Origin: Flaccisagitta enflata | Lineage: Eukaryota | NCBI GenBank assembly: GCA_965153355.1 | Contig: OZ231126.1 | Span: forward strand, 33,542,001 to 33,606,000 | Direction: 5' to 3' | DNA: 64,000 bases | In this document: piece after piece, positions 28,291 to 42,997 of the stretch | How positions within the stretch are numbered: the stretch's first letter is position 1 | How the letters are laid out: every line of letters begins with the position of its first letter | The notes under the pieces: model-generated | What the model was told of the DNA's origin: nothing | The model's input: the letters and a program-made list of their open reading frames with translations, nothing else | Databases searched by the model: none | Translations under genes and position numbers: made by a program

Positions 28291-28833
28291 GGAAAAATGG
28301 ATGAGTTATGAGCAACGTCGTAAAATTTCACGAGTAGATCTCTTTGCGTTTATATGACATGAATTCTGGGATCCATATATGACCTATATTTTTATTATTC
28401 CTATCATCCCCTTTTTACAATAGTTTTCATTCAGACCTAAGTTCCTTTTTATTTCTTCCTGCTTTTTTCTTTTCCTCTACTTCTGCCTCTCCTCCCTCTA
28501 CCTCCTCCTCCACCACCACCACCATCCCCACCACCACCACCACCCCCACCGCCACCACCACCACCACCACCACCACCACCACCACCACCACCACCACCAC
28601 CACCACCACCACCACCACCACCACCACCACCACCACCACCACCACCACCACCACCACAAACTGCTTTCCACGTTTTTCATTTTCATTCCTTTATGTCTTT
28701 GCAAATACTTCTACACAACTACTGAGGATATTTCTTTTTTGGTTTTTGGAATTTCAAGTCGTTTGTGTGTCTTTATGCATTTAACATTCTGTGTCTGAGA
28801 TCCAAATTACGGGTCACGAAACTTTTTGGTGCG

Positions 28834-28950
<117 letters not shown>

Positions 28951-30637
28951 ACAAATTTTATGCCGACGGGTATATTGACAAATTTGGCGATCAGGAAATG
29001 GAAACATATCTTAAAATAATTGGCAAAAATGTTTTAGAGCGTAAGATTATAAATGTCACGTGCCAAGAACTCGGAGTTAAATGTAGTGTTGTTTTTTCTT
29101 TTTTTTTCATTCTGAATGACAGATGATTAATGATTAACGATGGAAATCTCATACACGTAAATGAATCTTAACATCAATGGTCGAGATCGCGAGATGTCTT
29201 TTGCCCATTTCATAATAAGGAACCCTCACACGCGCACGCACACTCAGACATACGCCCGTGAGCTAGCGTACACTACGTATTGGATTTGAAACACATTGCA
29301 TGGATCTAAAATGAAGAAAACAAGGCAAAAAAAAAAAAATGATGCCACTGTATTTGAGATGATGCAATATTTGCCGAGATGTGGTATGGCAATTGAAATT
29401 ATTCGCAAAAATAGGACTCGAGGAACATCGAACAAAGTGTCTTCGGAAGGCGAGGGGAGGCGCGGCCGCGCGGGGGGGGGGGGGGGTAGGGGGGTGTAGG
29501 GGGGTGCGTAGGATAGGGGCAAGCATAAATGGACTTTGATAATCATTTCCGTATGAAGTTGACATCCAATCAAAAGTTCCCCCCCCTCCCCAGCACTCAT
29601 TGATTTATGTGCGCGTACTTGTGTTCATCAACCCGTAAAAACGCTTTCAAAACTACTATTAGACGTTTACAAGGCAAAAGTGGTCTTTTTTCAGATGTGC
29701 GTATTCACAAAATGGTGGTAAAGTAAATAATCTTCATAATTGATTAATCTATAATTTCGATGAATATGGTTTAGTATGCAATTGAGCTTCACTATAGCGC
29801 ATCTTAACTATTAAGGGACTAGACAAAAACAAATTCTCCTGATATCTGATGCCTGGTTGCCAGACATGTCATAAAAGACATGTCATAAAAGCGACTGCAC
29901 GCTAACGAGTCGCAACTGCGTCATTACTTATGAGTCATGAGGTCAATGTATCTAACTTATTTCATGCTTTTTCCATTAAAATGTTGATTACAGCAAGATT
30001 GATATCAAATGATTTTTAGGAATTTAACATTGATTGCATTTTATCAAACTAGAATTGATAAAATCCAAATGAAGTACGGAACGATAGAACATTCAACAAT
30101 TAATAGGTACAAACACATGAGATTACTTACCTGATAAAACAGAAGTGATGTAAAATTAATCCATTTAGATTTTTAAAATAGTCGAAAGTCGAAATTTTCG
30201 CCGACGAATTTCTTTTTTTTTTCTTTTTACTCTTTCTTTTTTTCCCCACTTTTCCACCGATTCACATTTTCCCCTTCAAAGAAATATTCACTTTCACATT
30301 GGTCTTTTTTCATGTTCATTCTATGAAACATTTTTTTCCAGATCATTTTCATCATTCTTTTTTTTTATACACAAAGCGTGTCGTTGGTTTTTGCGATTTT
30401 TCGTTCACTTTCTATTGCTGACTTTTTTTTTGAAGTGTTGATCTGATCGGCGTTTTGCGGTATGAGGAGATGTGACCTGGGACTTCAGCTCTACGTAGAG
30501 ACAAACAAAAATAAGAGCAAAAAAGAGTGCTGAAGAGAGACAAAAGGTGTGAATGAAGGAGCAATATGTTTTTTTTTTTTTTTGTTAATACGTGCGTGGA
30601 TGAAATTCATCAATATTTAAGTATAGAAATGCGAGTG

Positions 30638-30785
<148 letters not shown>

Positions 30786-30959
30786 AAGAGAGAGAGAGCA
30801 AGAATGTGATTGGAGTCAAAATTGGAGGGGAAAAAAGTCGACAGAAAAAAATTTCTAAGTGCAATCCTATAAAAAAAAAGCCAGACTACGGAAGAGGAGA
30901 TCAAAAAATGATGAAGGATAGAAAACCGAGAGAAAAAGTGAAAGGGAAAAACTGGAAAT

Positions 30960-31026
<67 letters not shown>

Positions 31027-31077
31027 TTTTTTCTGTCGACTTTTTTCCCCTCCAATTTTGACTCCAATCACATTCTT

Positions 31078-31173
<96 letters not shown>

Positions 31174-31457
31174 CACTCGCATTTCTATACTTAAATATTG
31201 ATGAATTTCATCCACGCACGTATTAACAAACAAAAAAAAAAACATATTGCTCCTTCATTCACACCTTTTTGTCTCTCTTTCGCTTTTTTTCGCTCTTTTT
31301 GCTCTTCTTTTTTTTCATTTGTCTCGTGGGCTGAGTCGGAATCCGTCTCCCTCGCCCATAGGAAACGCCGATCAGATCAACACTTCAAAAAAAAAAGTCA
31401 GCAATAGAAAGTGAACGAAAAATCGCAAAAACCAACGACACGCTTTGTGTATAAAAA

Positions 31458-31888
31458 CAAGGCCAACACCTATAAGTCGCGTGCGAGACAAAAATAACTG
31501 AATTGACCTGACTCCTTATTGAATCACTTTATTGACTTAATCCAGACTTAAACCAGACTTAAACCAGACTTAAACCAGACTAAAACCAGACTGAGACCAG
31601 ACTTAGACCAGACTTAGACCAGCCTTAGACCAGACTTAGACCAGACTTAGACCAGACTTAGACCAGACATAGACCAGACTTAGACTAGACTTAGACCAGA
31701 CTTAGACCAGACTTAGACCAGACTTAGACCAGACTTAGACCAGACCAGACTTAGTCTACAGATGACTTAAAATGACTCTAAATAACTCCAGATAACCCAA
31801 AATGACCAAAAACGACGCAAAAAAGCTAAGTGTTACCGACGGACCGACGGACCGACGGAGTGGGTTGTAGAGTCGCGTGCACGCGACT
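31458..31888 (-). mobile_element. Family A HINE present only in the right arm
   Basis: Complete ends (agtcgcgtgcacgcgact palindrome; cacgcgacttataggtgttggccttg), (CCAGACTTAGA)n core. The empty site in the left arm is a T9 run at 30358-30366. Confidence 0.92.
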
Positions 31889-32084
31889 AAAAAAGAATGA
31901 TGAAAATGATCTGGAAAAAAAATGTTTCATAGAATGAACATGAAAAAAGACCAATGTGAAAGTGAATATTTCTTTGAAGGGGAAAATGTGAATCGGTGGA
32001 AAAGTGGGGAAAAAAAGAAAGAGTAAAAAGGAAAAAAAAAGAAATTCGTCGGCGAAAATTTCGACTTTCGACTATTTTAAAAAT

Positions 32085-32128
32085 CTAAATGGATTAATTT
32101 TACATCACTTCTGTTTTATCAGGTAAGT
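32085..32128 (+). promoter_or_regulatory. Candidate recursive splice site, or a plain strong 5' splice site; mirror copy at 30125-30168 (-)
   Basis: ttaattttacatcacttctgttttatCAG|GTAAGT with no other AG for ~80 nt upstream. Confidence 0.4.
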
Positions 32129-33337
32129 AATCTCATGTGTTTGTACCTATTAATTGTTGAATGTTCTATCGTTCCGTACTTCATTTGGATTTTATCAATT
32201 CTAGTTTGATAAAATGCAATCAATGTTAAATTCCTAAAAATCATTTAATATCAATCTTGCTGTAATCAACATTTTAATGGAAAAAGCATGAAATAAGTTA
32301 GATACATTGACCTGATGACTCATAAGTAATGACGCAGTTGCGACTCGTTAGCGTGCGCTCGCTTTTATGACATGTCTGGCAACCAGGCATCAGATATCAG
32401 GAGAATTTGATTTTGTCTAGTCCCTTAATAGTTAAGATGCGCTATAGTGAAGCTCAATTGCATACTAAACCATATTCATCGAAATTATAGATTAATCAAT
32501 TATGAAGATTATTTACTTTACCACCATTTTGTGAATACGCACATCTGAAAAAAGACCACTTTTGCCTTGTAAACGTCTAATAGTAGTTTTGAAAGCGTTT
32601 TTACGGGTTGATGAACACAAGTACGTGCACATAAATCAATGAGTGCTGGGGAGGGAGGGGGAAACTTTTGATTGGATGTCAACTTCATACGGAAATGATT
32701 ATCAAAGTCCATTTATGCTTGCCCCTATCCTACGCACCCCCTACACCCCCCTCCCCCCCCCCCCGCGCGGCCGCGCCTCCCCTCGCCTTCCGAAGACACT
32801 TTGTTCGATGTTCCTCGAGTCCTATTTTTGCGAATAATTTCAATTGCCATACCACATCTCGGCAAATATTGCATCATCTCAAATACAGTGGCATCATTTC
32901 TGCGTTTTTTTTTTTGTTTTTTTTTGGTTTTTTTTTTTTTTGTTTTTGTTTTGTTTTTTGCCTTGTTTTCTTCATTTTAGATCCATGCAATGTGTTTCAA
33001 ATCCAATACGTAGTGTACGCTAGCTCACGGGCGTATGTCTGAGTGTGCGTGCGCGTGTGAGGGTTCCTTATTATGAAATGGGCAAAAGACATCTCGCGAT
33101 CTCGACCATTGATGTTAAGATTCATTTACGTGTATGAGATTTCCATCGTTAATCATTAATCATCTGTCATTCAGAATGAAAAAAAAAAAGAAAAAACAAC
33201 ACTACATATAACTCCGAGTTCTTGGCACGTGACATTTATAATCTTACGCTCTAAAACATTTTTGCCGATTATTTTAAGATATGTTTCCATTTCCTGATCG
33301 CCAAATTTGTCAATATACCCGTCGGCATAAAATTTGT

Positions 33338-33372
<35 letters not shown>

Positions 33373-33916
33373 CCACCCAAAAAAGTTTCCGTGACCCGTA
33401 ATTTGAATCTCAGACAACTGGCGAATTTGAGTGTAAAGGACACTTTTAAACGACTTTGAAATTCCAAAAACCAAAGAAAAGAAATATCCCTCAGTGACCT
33501 ATAGTATACAAAATATTTGCAAAAGACATAAAGGAGCCGATGAAAAACATTAAGAAGCAGTTTGAGGGTGGATGTGGTGGTGGTGGTGGTGGTGGTGGTG
33601 GTGGTGGTGGTGGTGGTGGTGGTGGTGGTGGTGGTGACTGTAGTGGTGGTGGTGTTGATGGCGGTGGGGGTGGTGGTGGTGGTGGGGATGGTGGTGGTGG
33701 TGGAGGAGGAGGTAGAGTAGGAGGAGAATGAAGTAGAGGAAAGAGAAAAACGGAGGAAATAAAAGGAACGGAATCTGAATGTTAGCAAAAAGGGGGATGA
33801 TGGGAATAATAAAGAAATATGAGTCATATATGGATCCCGGAATTCCATGTCATATAAACGCAAAGAGATCTACTCGTGAAATTTTACGACGTTGCTCATA
33901 ACTCATCCATTTTTCC

Positions 33917-33993
<77 letters not shown>

Positions 33994-34041
33994 CTCTTTC
34001 TTTCTCTTTCTTTCTCTTTCTTTCTCTTTCTTTCTCTTTCT

Positions 34042-34116
<75 letters not shown>

Positions 34117-34162
34117 CTCTTTCTCTTTCTCTTTCTCTTTCTCTTTCTCTTTTTCTTTCTCT

Positions 34163-34501
<339 letters not shown>

Positions 34502-35232
34502 TCTCTCTCTCTCCCTCTCTCTCTCCCCTTCTCTCTCTCCCCTTCTCTCTGTCATCCACACATATCCACTCTCTCAGATAATCGCGCGGTCATTTTCTCC
34601 CTGACCAATTTTGGGATTTTGTGAACCAGTGTGCTGCCAAAAGGGTGTTGCCAAAACATCTCTCAATGTCATACTGGCCTGCAAAATTCCAAAGAGAATG
34701 GGAGGCGCACTTCGGCCGTCACGATAGAAAAAAAGAAAAAGAAGGAACGCACCAAAACGACGGCTAAGTAAAGAGGAAGGACACCACAAACGTAAAAAAA
34801 GGAGCAAAAGAGACACAAAGAATCGATGACGCCACAATTTTTCTCTCTTCGTCTTTTGTCATCAACGTCATCGCACTGTTGGCATCATCATCATCATCAT
34901 CATCGTGGTCGACCGTTAGTCATCTTCAACTACCCGTTGAATAGTCTGTGATGATATTAGTTGTTGTTCAATTTTTCGAAATAGTCATCAGTATTGTTCG
35001 TGTTTCATCTTATTCTATCTTTATAAACATAATTGTCTCTCTGTTTCTGTCTCTATTTTTCTGGTTGTCTGGTTTCTGGTTGTCTGCCTTTGTTTGTAAG
35101 ATTTTGATTTTGTCTTTGTTTCTGTCCCTCTGTATCGGACTGTCGCTGTCTGTCTCTGTCTTACTTTGTGTGTACATGTGTGTCTGTCTCTCTGTCTCTC
35201 TGTCTCTCGATCATTCTCTTTCTTTCTTTCCT

Positions 35233-35353
<121 letters not shown>

Positions 35354-35484
35354 TGTGTTATTCAACGGATTGAAATCCACACGGGCCACATTGGCGCACC
35401 CTCTGACGCCGTAAAAGGGCAAAGATTACATCATCTGCCCAAACGAGCTACGCCAACCGACCACGTGGCGAAAATTCACGCCCT

Positions 35485-35584
<100 letters not shown>

Positions 35585-35752
35585 ACCAAATGACAAGTGA
35601 CCGCCCCATTCCGCTCCCTCTCTTTTTGGTCTGGTTTGTGTCTTTCAAATTCCTTTCTGCGCCGTCTCCTTTCTGTCTGTCATTGTCTGTCTTTCTGTTT
35701 GTCAATGTCTCCTTGTCTGTTCTTTCTTTCTTTTTTTCTTTCTTTCTTTCTC

Positions 35753-35887
<135 letters not shown>

Positions 35888-36171
35888 TAGTCATTTCTTA
35901 CATTCTTTCTCTCTCATTCACTTAAAAGAATGATGACACAAAAAATGAAAGGGAAAATAAACGAAAAGAAATGACAAAACATTATGAAGGAAAAAAAAAA
36001 GAGCAGCCGACGGCTAAAAAAATGATCGTCGCATCTCAACTCAACGACGATTCCTCTTTTGGCTTTGGAGAAAGATGAATCGATGAGATTATATCAAGCA
36101 ATCTTGTCTTCATCATCCGACACCATTATGTACCGCCATTCAACTAAGTATTTCATTTACCGCAATCACTT

Positions 36172-36327
<156 letters not shown>

Positions 36328-36470
36328 TTGTCGCCTTCGTTATAATTTATTAATGATGACTATCATAGAGCAATTTTACTTTGATAACGTGGCACAACTA
36401 ACCAATGTCATGAACCAGGCCTCTCTTTACTCGACAAGTTGGTTTCAGTTTATCAATATAGAATATTTTT

Positions 36471-36602
36471 AGGTGCGACAGAGCACCTCTATAACTGGCC
36501 GGTCGGTCGGTTGGTCGGTCAGTCGGTTGGTTGGTCTGTCGGTCGGGTAACGCATTCGTTCGACGATCCACACGTCGCACCTTATTGGCCTACTTGGCCT
36601 TG
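36471..36602 (+). mobile_element. Family C HINE (mirror of 25936-26072)
   Basis: ttttt|aggtgcgacagagcacct...gtcgcaccttattggcctacttggccttg|tt. Confidence 0.85.
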
Positions 36603-37035
36603 TTCATATCTGAAAGAGGAAGAAAAGATTGAGAAAAATCAGTTTTTCTTATTATTGCGCAATCGTAGGTATAACTTTGAAACCAAGTCGGCAAAAATAC
36701 GGAGTTGAGTCAGAGCCACTCCTTTACTCATAACCATTCAAATCATAGAAGGAATAAACATTTCAAGGCATCTTTCCAAATCTATCAGCGGTGTATGAGG
36801 GAATTGAGATTACGATCAATGCAGTTGCACGCATCCTGATATCGCATGAACCTGGTGATTCGATCATAATAATCAATTAGTATATTCAGCTCATTAATGA
36901 CGTCAGCTCAGTCTTCGCTTTGATGGAAGGATACAATTTCCTAAACGGTTGGTTTACAAGTATTGTAATTAGACGTGACACCTACCGTTGACGTGGTCTC
37001 CATCATCATCGTCGTCGTTCATCATAAACTTTGTT

Positions 37036-37074
<39 letters not shown>

Positions 37075-37377
37075 CAGTATAGTGGTTGTTGTTGTTGTCG
37101 TCATGGAACCAATTTGGTTTTTCCCCCAAACTGCGTGACTGACCTTTATAAGATAATCAGATCAACAAGGAAAGATGCTGACGTCAAACATGTTGTTAAA
37201 TAAAAATTCCTGCGTGACGTAAACACGTTCGTACTCGGGATTTTTCTCTTTTAATTTCTATTTAGTGATGATTTCTATCTGTCTGTTTGTCGGGTAGTTA
37301 GTCACTTTACTTTTCCGCTTTCTTTCTTTTTTTTTTCTTCTCTCATCATATTTTTTTTAATTCTTTCTTCCTTTCAT

Positions 37378-37421
<44 letters not shown>

Positions 37422-37425
37422 TCGT

Positions 37426-37609
<184 letters not shown>

Positions 37610-37966
37610 ACTTTCTTACTTTCTTTCTTTCTTTCTTTCCATCGTCCTTTTTAAGTTTCTGTCTTAGTTTCTATCTCATTTTTTTTCTTAATTTTTTTTT
37701 TGCTTGTCGTCTTTCTCTCGATTAAGAAATGTTTCCTTCAAGAATGAGTTGGCCTTGGATATTTCGAGTATTTTTCGCGGAATTCTTTTGCTTTTGTTTG
37801 ATCCTTGCTCGATTTTCTTCCTTTTTTTTCTTCATCTTGTTCTTCTTCTTCTTCTTCTTCCTCTTCTTAGGGGGTTGAAAACTTTTAATACGTTAACCCT
37901 TTGTTTACCCTAGAGTAGGGTTCCAATCCGTTTTCACCTTTCACCTAGTTTCAAAAAATCCCGCGT

Positions 37967-38021
<55 letters not shown>

Positions 38022-38291
38022 GGGGGGATTGTAGATGTATGTTCAACTGAAGCTGGGCATTCCTTTGTGTTTTTTCTTGTGCTCAATAGAGCAGGTCCGT
38101 TCATCACCTCGGGGGGGGGGGGTTGTTAAGGAATGTTGTGGCCGACGCGATGATTACGTCAATACTCAATAACGAAGATTGTCAAAGTTTTGTTCGTAGA
38201 AATTCTTGCTGTTTTGGTCCTTGGCAACCATTCCTCAGATATTGTTGCTCAAAACATATCCTCCTGTGCTTCTTTTTGACTCTCACGGTTT

Positions 38292-38392
<101 letters not shown>

Positions 38393-39221
38393 TTTTGCAC
38401 AAGCGAAATGAGCCTTTAAGTTTGTGTTCGTCTGAAGACCGTGTGAACCTCTATTTCTCCGGCCAAATCAAAACAAATCATCATAAACCCCGTCCCCCTT
38501 AAATCAAAGTCTTAACTAATTATGTGATTCTCTGATCTGCCTTGCATTGCACCCCCTTATTCTCCCTGGTTCTCCGCTCGACGAACCCCTGTGTTCAGGG
38601 CTTGTTCGCTTTATGATTTCATCACTTCCATTTTTTTGCATCCCAAATTGTCGACAATTGTCCATGTCTACTCCAAACGCGAAATCATCCTTTACATGAC
38701 ATACTACCAATTTGTCCTTATTATGACAATTTCCTCGTTATTTTTCGCGTTCTTCACCACCCATAGGTCATAGGCCACAACCCTACCCAATACCCATTTA
38801 TTCGGTCTTTTTCTTTGTCTAGTCGCAACTATTTATCTTCTCTATATTCTCTTTATTCTCTTTATTCTCTTTATTCTTTTCATCAGTCTTTTTACATTCC
38901 GTCTTTTTCTTCGTGTTTTGTTATGAGCGTCTTGTTCATTAAACGTCACTATTGACTACTCTCTTCAGAGTTCAGTCGTCATCCACCGTAATCACCCTCT
39001 GCAATCAATCCTGAGATTGTTGAACCTTTTTACTTTTTTCATTTTTTTTTCTTTATTTTTTTTTATTTTTTTTTTATTTATTTTTTTTTTATTGTTTGCT
39101 TTTCTTGTTTTAGCCATTTTCTCACCCACCCTTCTCAATAAGAAGCAATATCAAAAGATCATTTTTTTTTCTCTTTCCTTATTTCTTACTATGGATCACA
39201 CAAAAGAGTAATTGGCAAATC

Positions 39222-39321
<100 letters not shown>

Positions 39322-40606
39322 CCTCTCTCATTTTGGTCTTGTTATCTGTATCACTTTTTTTGAAAATAATCCTTTCATAATCATCACTTCATTTATAATT
39401 TTCAAGCTTTTAACCGGCTTATCAAACTCCAAAATCGCGCTTATCTGTAACTAGTACACCCGCGATTTCATCAATCGCGCCTCTTCCTCCTCGGCCCTCA
39501 CTTTATTCCTCCTTCTCCTCCTCCTGCTCCTCTTCCTCCTCATAATATTCATCCTTATTGCCTGACTGTTCTTCCACCACCACCACCACCACCACCACCA
39601 CCACCACCACCACCACCATCTACCTCTCCTTCTCTCCCTTTACTATCCTCTCCTCTTCCTCCCCAGAGTGATATTTCTTTTTAATTGTTAAAAAAAAAAA
39701 AGCAACTTTAACAAGTGCATTGGAGGGAGCAAATTTATTTAGGAGGGGGAGTGAACCGTTCTGAGGAACGTAGACGTCTAAACAAACCGTAAATCGTTCC
39801 TATGAAATATTCTCTCTCTCTCCTCTTTTTTTCTTATTTTACGTAATCAATATCTTTCTCAGCTCATCAACTCTTGTGGTTCAGGAAGTAAAAACCGGCG
39901 AAAATAACACGTGGCTTAATTTCGTTTTTTTCTTCTCTTTTTTAAAAAATGGGACGCAAATCGTAGGATTTAAGTGTGAATCGGGCCGTGCCAAACTTCA
40001 GTGTTTTGACCCGAGAATCACCATTAGGGAGAATCGTGCACAGACGACGCTCAAGAGGGTGTCAATGCCTTAACGAAGTCAAATCCAAATCCACTGCATT
40101 ATTTTCAGTCCTATTAAAAATCAAAATACGGGGTTTTTTTTTTTTTGGTTTTTTTTTTTGAAGGATAAAACTCTCATCAAGTATCAAAAAGACGAACGCA
40201 GCTCAGCCGCGATTGTTTTGTTTAAAGTTAAAACGGTATTTTTACCCGTTTTCTTTCTCTTACAAGTGCACTTTCATTCCCATGAATATCAGAACAAATG
40301 CCAAAATGGTACAATTGATGTTTTCATTCGACCCCAGTTTTGGCCCTCATACAAAAACAGGTTTCCAACTTTTCCACGCCCACATTTATAGCCCGATTTT
40401 TTCCCTGAATCTAAAGATTTATGAGAAAGAAGATTTTTTTTCTTTGTGTGTGTCTTTGAGGAATTTCTTTGACTTGACACGAGGATTTGTCATTTTTCTT
40501 GGGCGTCAAGAACGAATTAAGGAACACATATTTTTTCGCCATTTAACACTCAGGACCTGCCCTCATAAACGGTCGTTCGAAAGCTCAAATTCCCGTTCTC
40601 CTTGTA

Positions 40607-41203
40607 ACACCCTGAGCAGGAAATTTGGCACAAGTCCAATGAAACATTTGATAACTGTTCAAATTAGATCTAATCTGTGCAAAATATGGCTTGAATGCAA
40701 GGATATTGTAAATATAAATATGTAAGAGCCAAAAAGCAGCAATGAAGTAAAAAATATTAAATCATTTTAAGGTCGAGTATGGACAATCTGCCGCAGATCT
40801 AGCAATACTGTTGTTGATCGGGCGGAAAATATCGATGATGAACTGTTGGCCGATTTGGCAAATTTTGGCATAGATTTGTTGCTGCAAAGCATCGAGTGAC
40901 TTATTATAGTAACCCCCTGTATACACTGTTTGCTTCAGAGCAGCCCAGTAGTTCTCAATAGGCCTCAAGTGTAAGTGTTTCCCTTTGCTAAATTTTGCTG
41001 GTAAAAATCCATTAAAATCGGACACCGCATTTCTAGTTTGACGCCTTCCATGGAGAAGAGCAGTCACAGGACTGAGTAACGGCGCATTCTTGAGTCCAGT
41101 AGAACTAATTAGGAGATTATGTTTCAAATTTCAACTCACTGGGCCGTCTAGAAGTACTGTTTTTGTGTCAACATGTTTGTGCCAAATTTCCTGCACAGGG
41201 TGT
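40607..41203 (-). mobile_element. Internally deleted Tc1/mariner-type element (597 bp) with both TIRs and flanking TA
   Basis: TIRs acaccctgagcaggaaatttggcacaa / ttgtgccaaatttcctgcacagggtgt (27 bp, 1 mismatch); TA at 40605-40606 and 41204-41205; transposase C-terminal remnant at 40762-40972 (-). Confidence 0.88.
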
Positions 41204-41300
41204 TATTTCTACTTTTGTTTTTTTCTTTGATCTATCTCTGGTGTTTCTTGGTTTCATGGCATATTTCTTTGTTTCTCCCATCGTTTCATCGTCTCTTTTT

Positions 41301-41445
41301 AGTCGCGGACACGCGACTCTACACCTTACCGTGTCGGTCGGTCCGTCCGTCCGTCCGTCACAAATATTTCTAAACTTGCGATCGGTCTTTGAATTACCGC
41401 TCCTGCCCAACTGTCCGCGACTGGATTGCCGTGTATCCGGCCTTG
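41301..41445 (+). mobile_element. Short family A-type HINE
   Basis: ttttt|agtcgcggacacgcgact...(GTCC)n...gtccgcgact...gccgtgtatccggccttg|tttt. Confidence 0.85.
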
Positions 41446-41499
41446 TTTTATGTTTCTTTGCTTCATTGTTTTTCTTTTGCTGGTTTCTTTTTCTTTCTC

Positions 41500-41554
<55 letters not shown>

Positions 41555-41558
41555 CTCT

Positions 41559-41646
<88 letters not shown>

Positions 41647-42043
41647 GGTTTCTTTCTTGGATTCTTTCTTTCTTTCTTTCTTTCTTTCTTTGTTTCTTTG
41701 TTTCTTTCTTTCATTCTTTCTTTGTTTCTTTCTTTCTTTGTTCGTTTCTTTCTTTGTTTGTTTCTTTGTTTCTTTCTGTCTTTCTTTCTTTCTTTCTCTC
41801 TTTCTTTCTTTCTTTCTTTCTTTATTTCTTTCTTTCTTTCCTTCCCGCTTTTATGGTACAATATTGTTTTTCTCTGTCACTTTCATCTTTGCCTGTCTCT
41901 ACTTCTTATTTTCTTTTCGTTCGGTTTTCATTCTATCTTTTTCACTTTGTGTGGGAGGGAATTTGTAAGGCGGGGGCAGAGGCGGTGAGGGCGGCGGCCG
42001 CTGGGCTGCGCTGGCGGGTTCAGTCTCTGATATTCGAAGGAGC

Positions 42044-42107
<64 letters not shown>

Positions 42108-42221
42108 ACAGAGACAGAGGCTCTTTTTAACGATCGAAAAAAACCCTCGTGACCTGATCCCAGACTTTTAGCCGGTTACATCCGGCACCTAAAATACACT
42201 AGAACTTTCTGGATGGACGAA

Positions 42222-42264
<43 letters not shown>

Positions 42265-42552
42265 CAGACACACTTAGCAACAAGAGAAAGAAAGACAGAC
42301 ATAATCATGTATTTCCGGTTCTCACACGGCCAAAGGGACAAGTTTGTGGTTTGGATTCATTTTCCATTTTATAATTCTTTCTCGCTTAGTCGCTTTCACA
42401 ATAATCTCAGTACTTGATCATCGTGTAATTTTTGCGGTCGAGTTCATTTTTTTTTTCTTGTTCTTACACACACCAAGGACACGTCAGACTAGAAATGTAA
42501 CGAGTACATGAATCATCATCATCAGCTTCACACCCACAAACACATTGACAAA

Positions 42553-42623
<71 letters not shown>

Positions 42624-42627
<4 letters not shown>

Positions 42628-42930
42628 CAGTAGACAAAACATAATTGGTATATATATCATACCGTTGACTTTTATCCAACTTACTGTTCATGAACAAAAT
42701 ATTGTACACAACAATTGGTGGTTGAAGTTACAGTCGGCTTTAATCTTACAAAATTGGAGCATTACAGCCGGCTGTAATTCAAACAACCAGTTATTCAGAA
42801 CAAGATTTTGTTCATTGCAGCCAGCTGTTATTTCAACAGCTGATTGTTGAAAACAATATTTTGTTTAAAAACAGTAAGTTGAATCAAAGTCAACAGTATG
42901 ATATATATACCTATTATGTTTTGTCCATTG

Positions 42931-42934
<4 letters not shown>
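42624..42934. mobile_element. 311-bp MITE inserted in a (CA)n microsatellite, right arm only
   Basis: Imperfect TIRs of ~80 bp (cagtcagtagacaaaacataat.. / ..attatgttttgtccattgactg); left-arm site ~20395-20441 is uninterrupted (GT)n. Confidence 0.92.
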
Positions 42935-42997
<63 letters not shown>

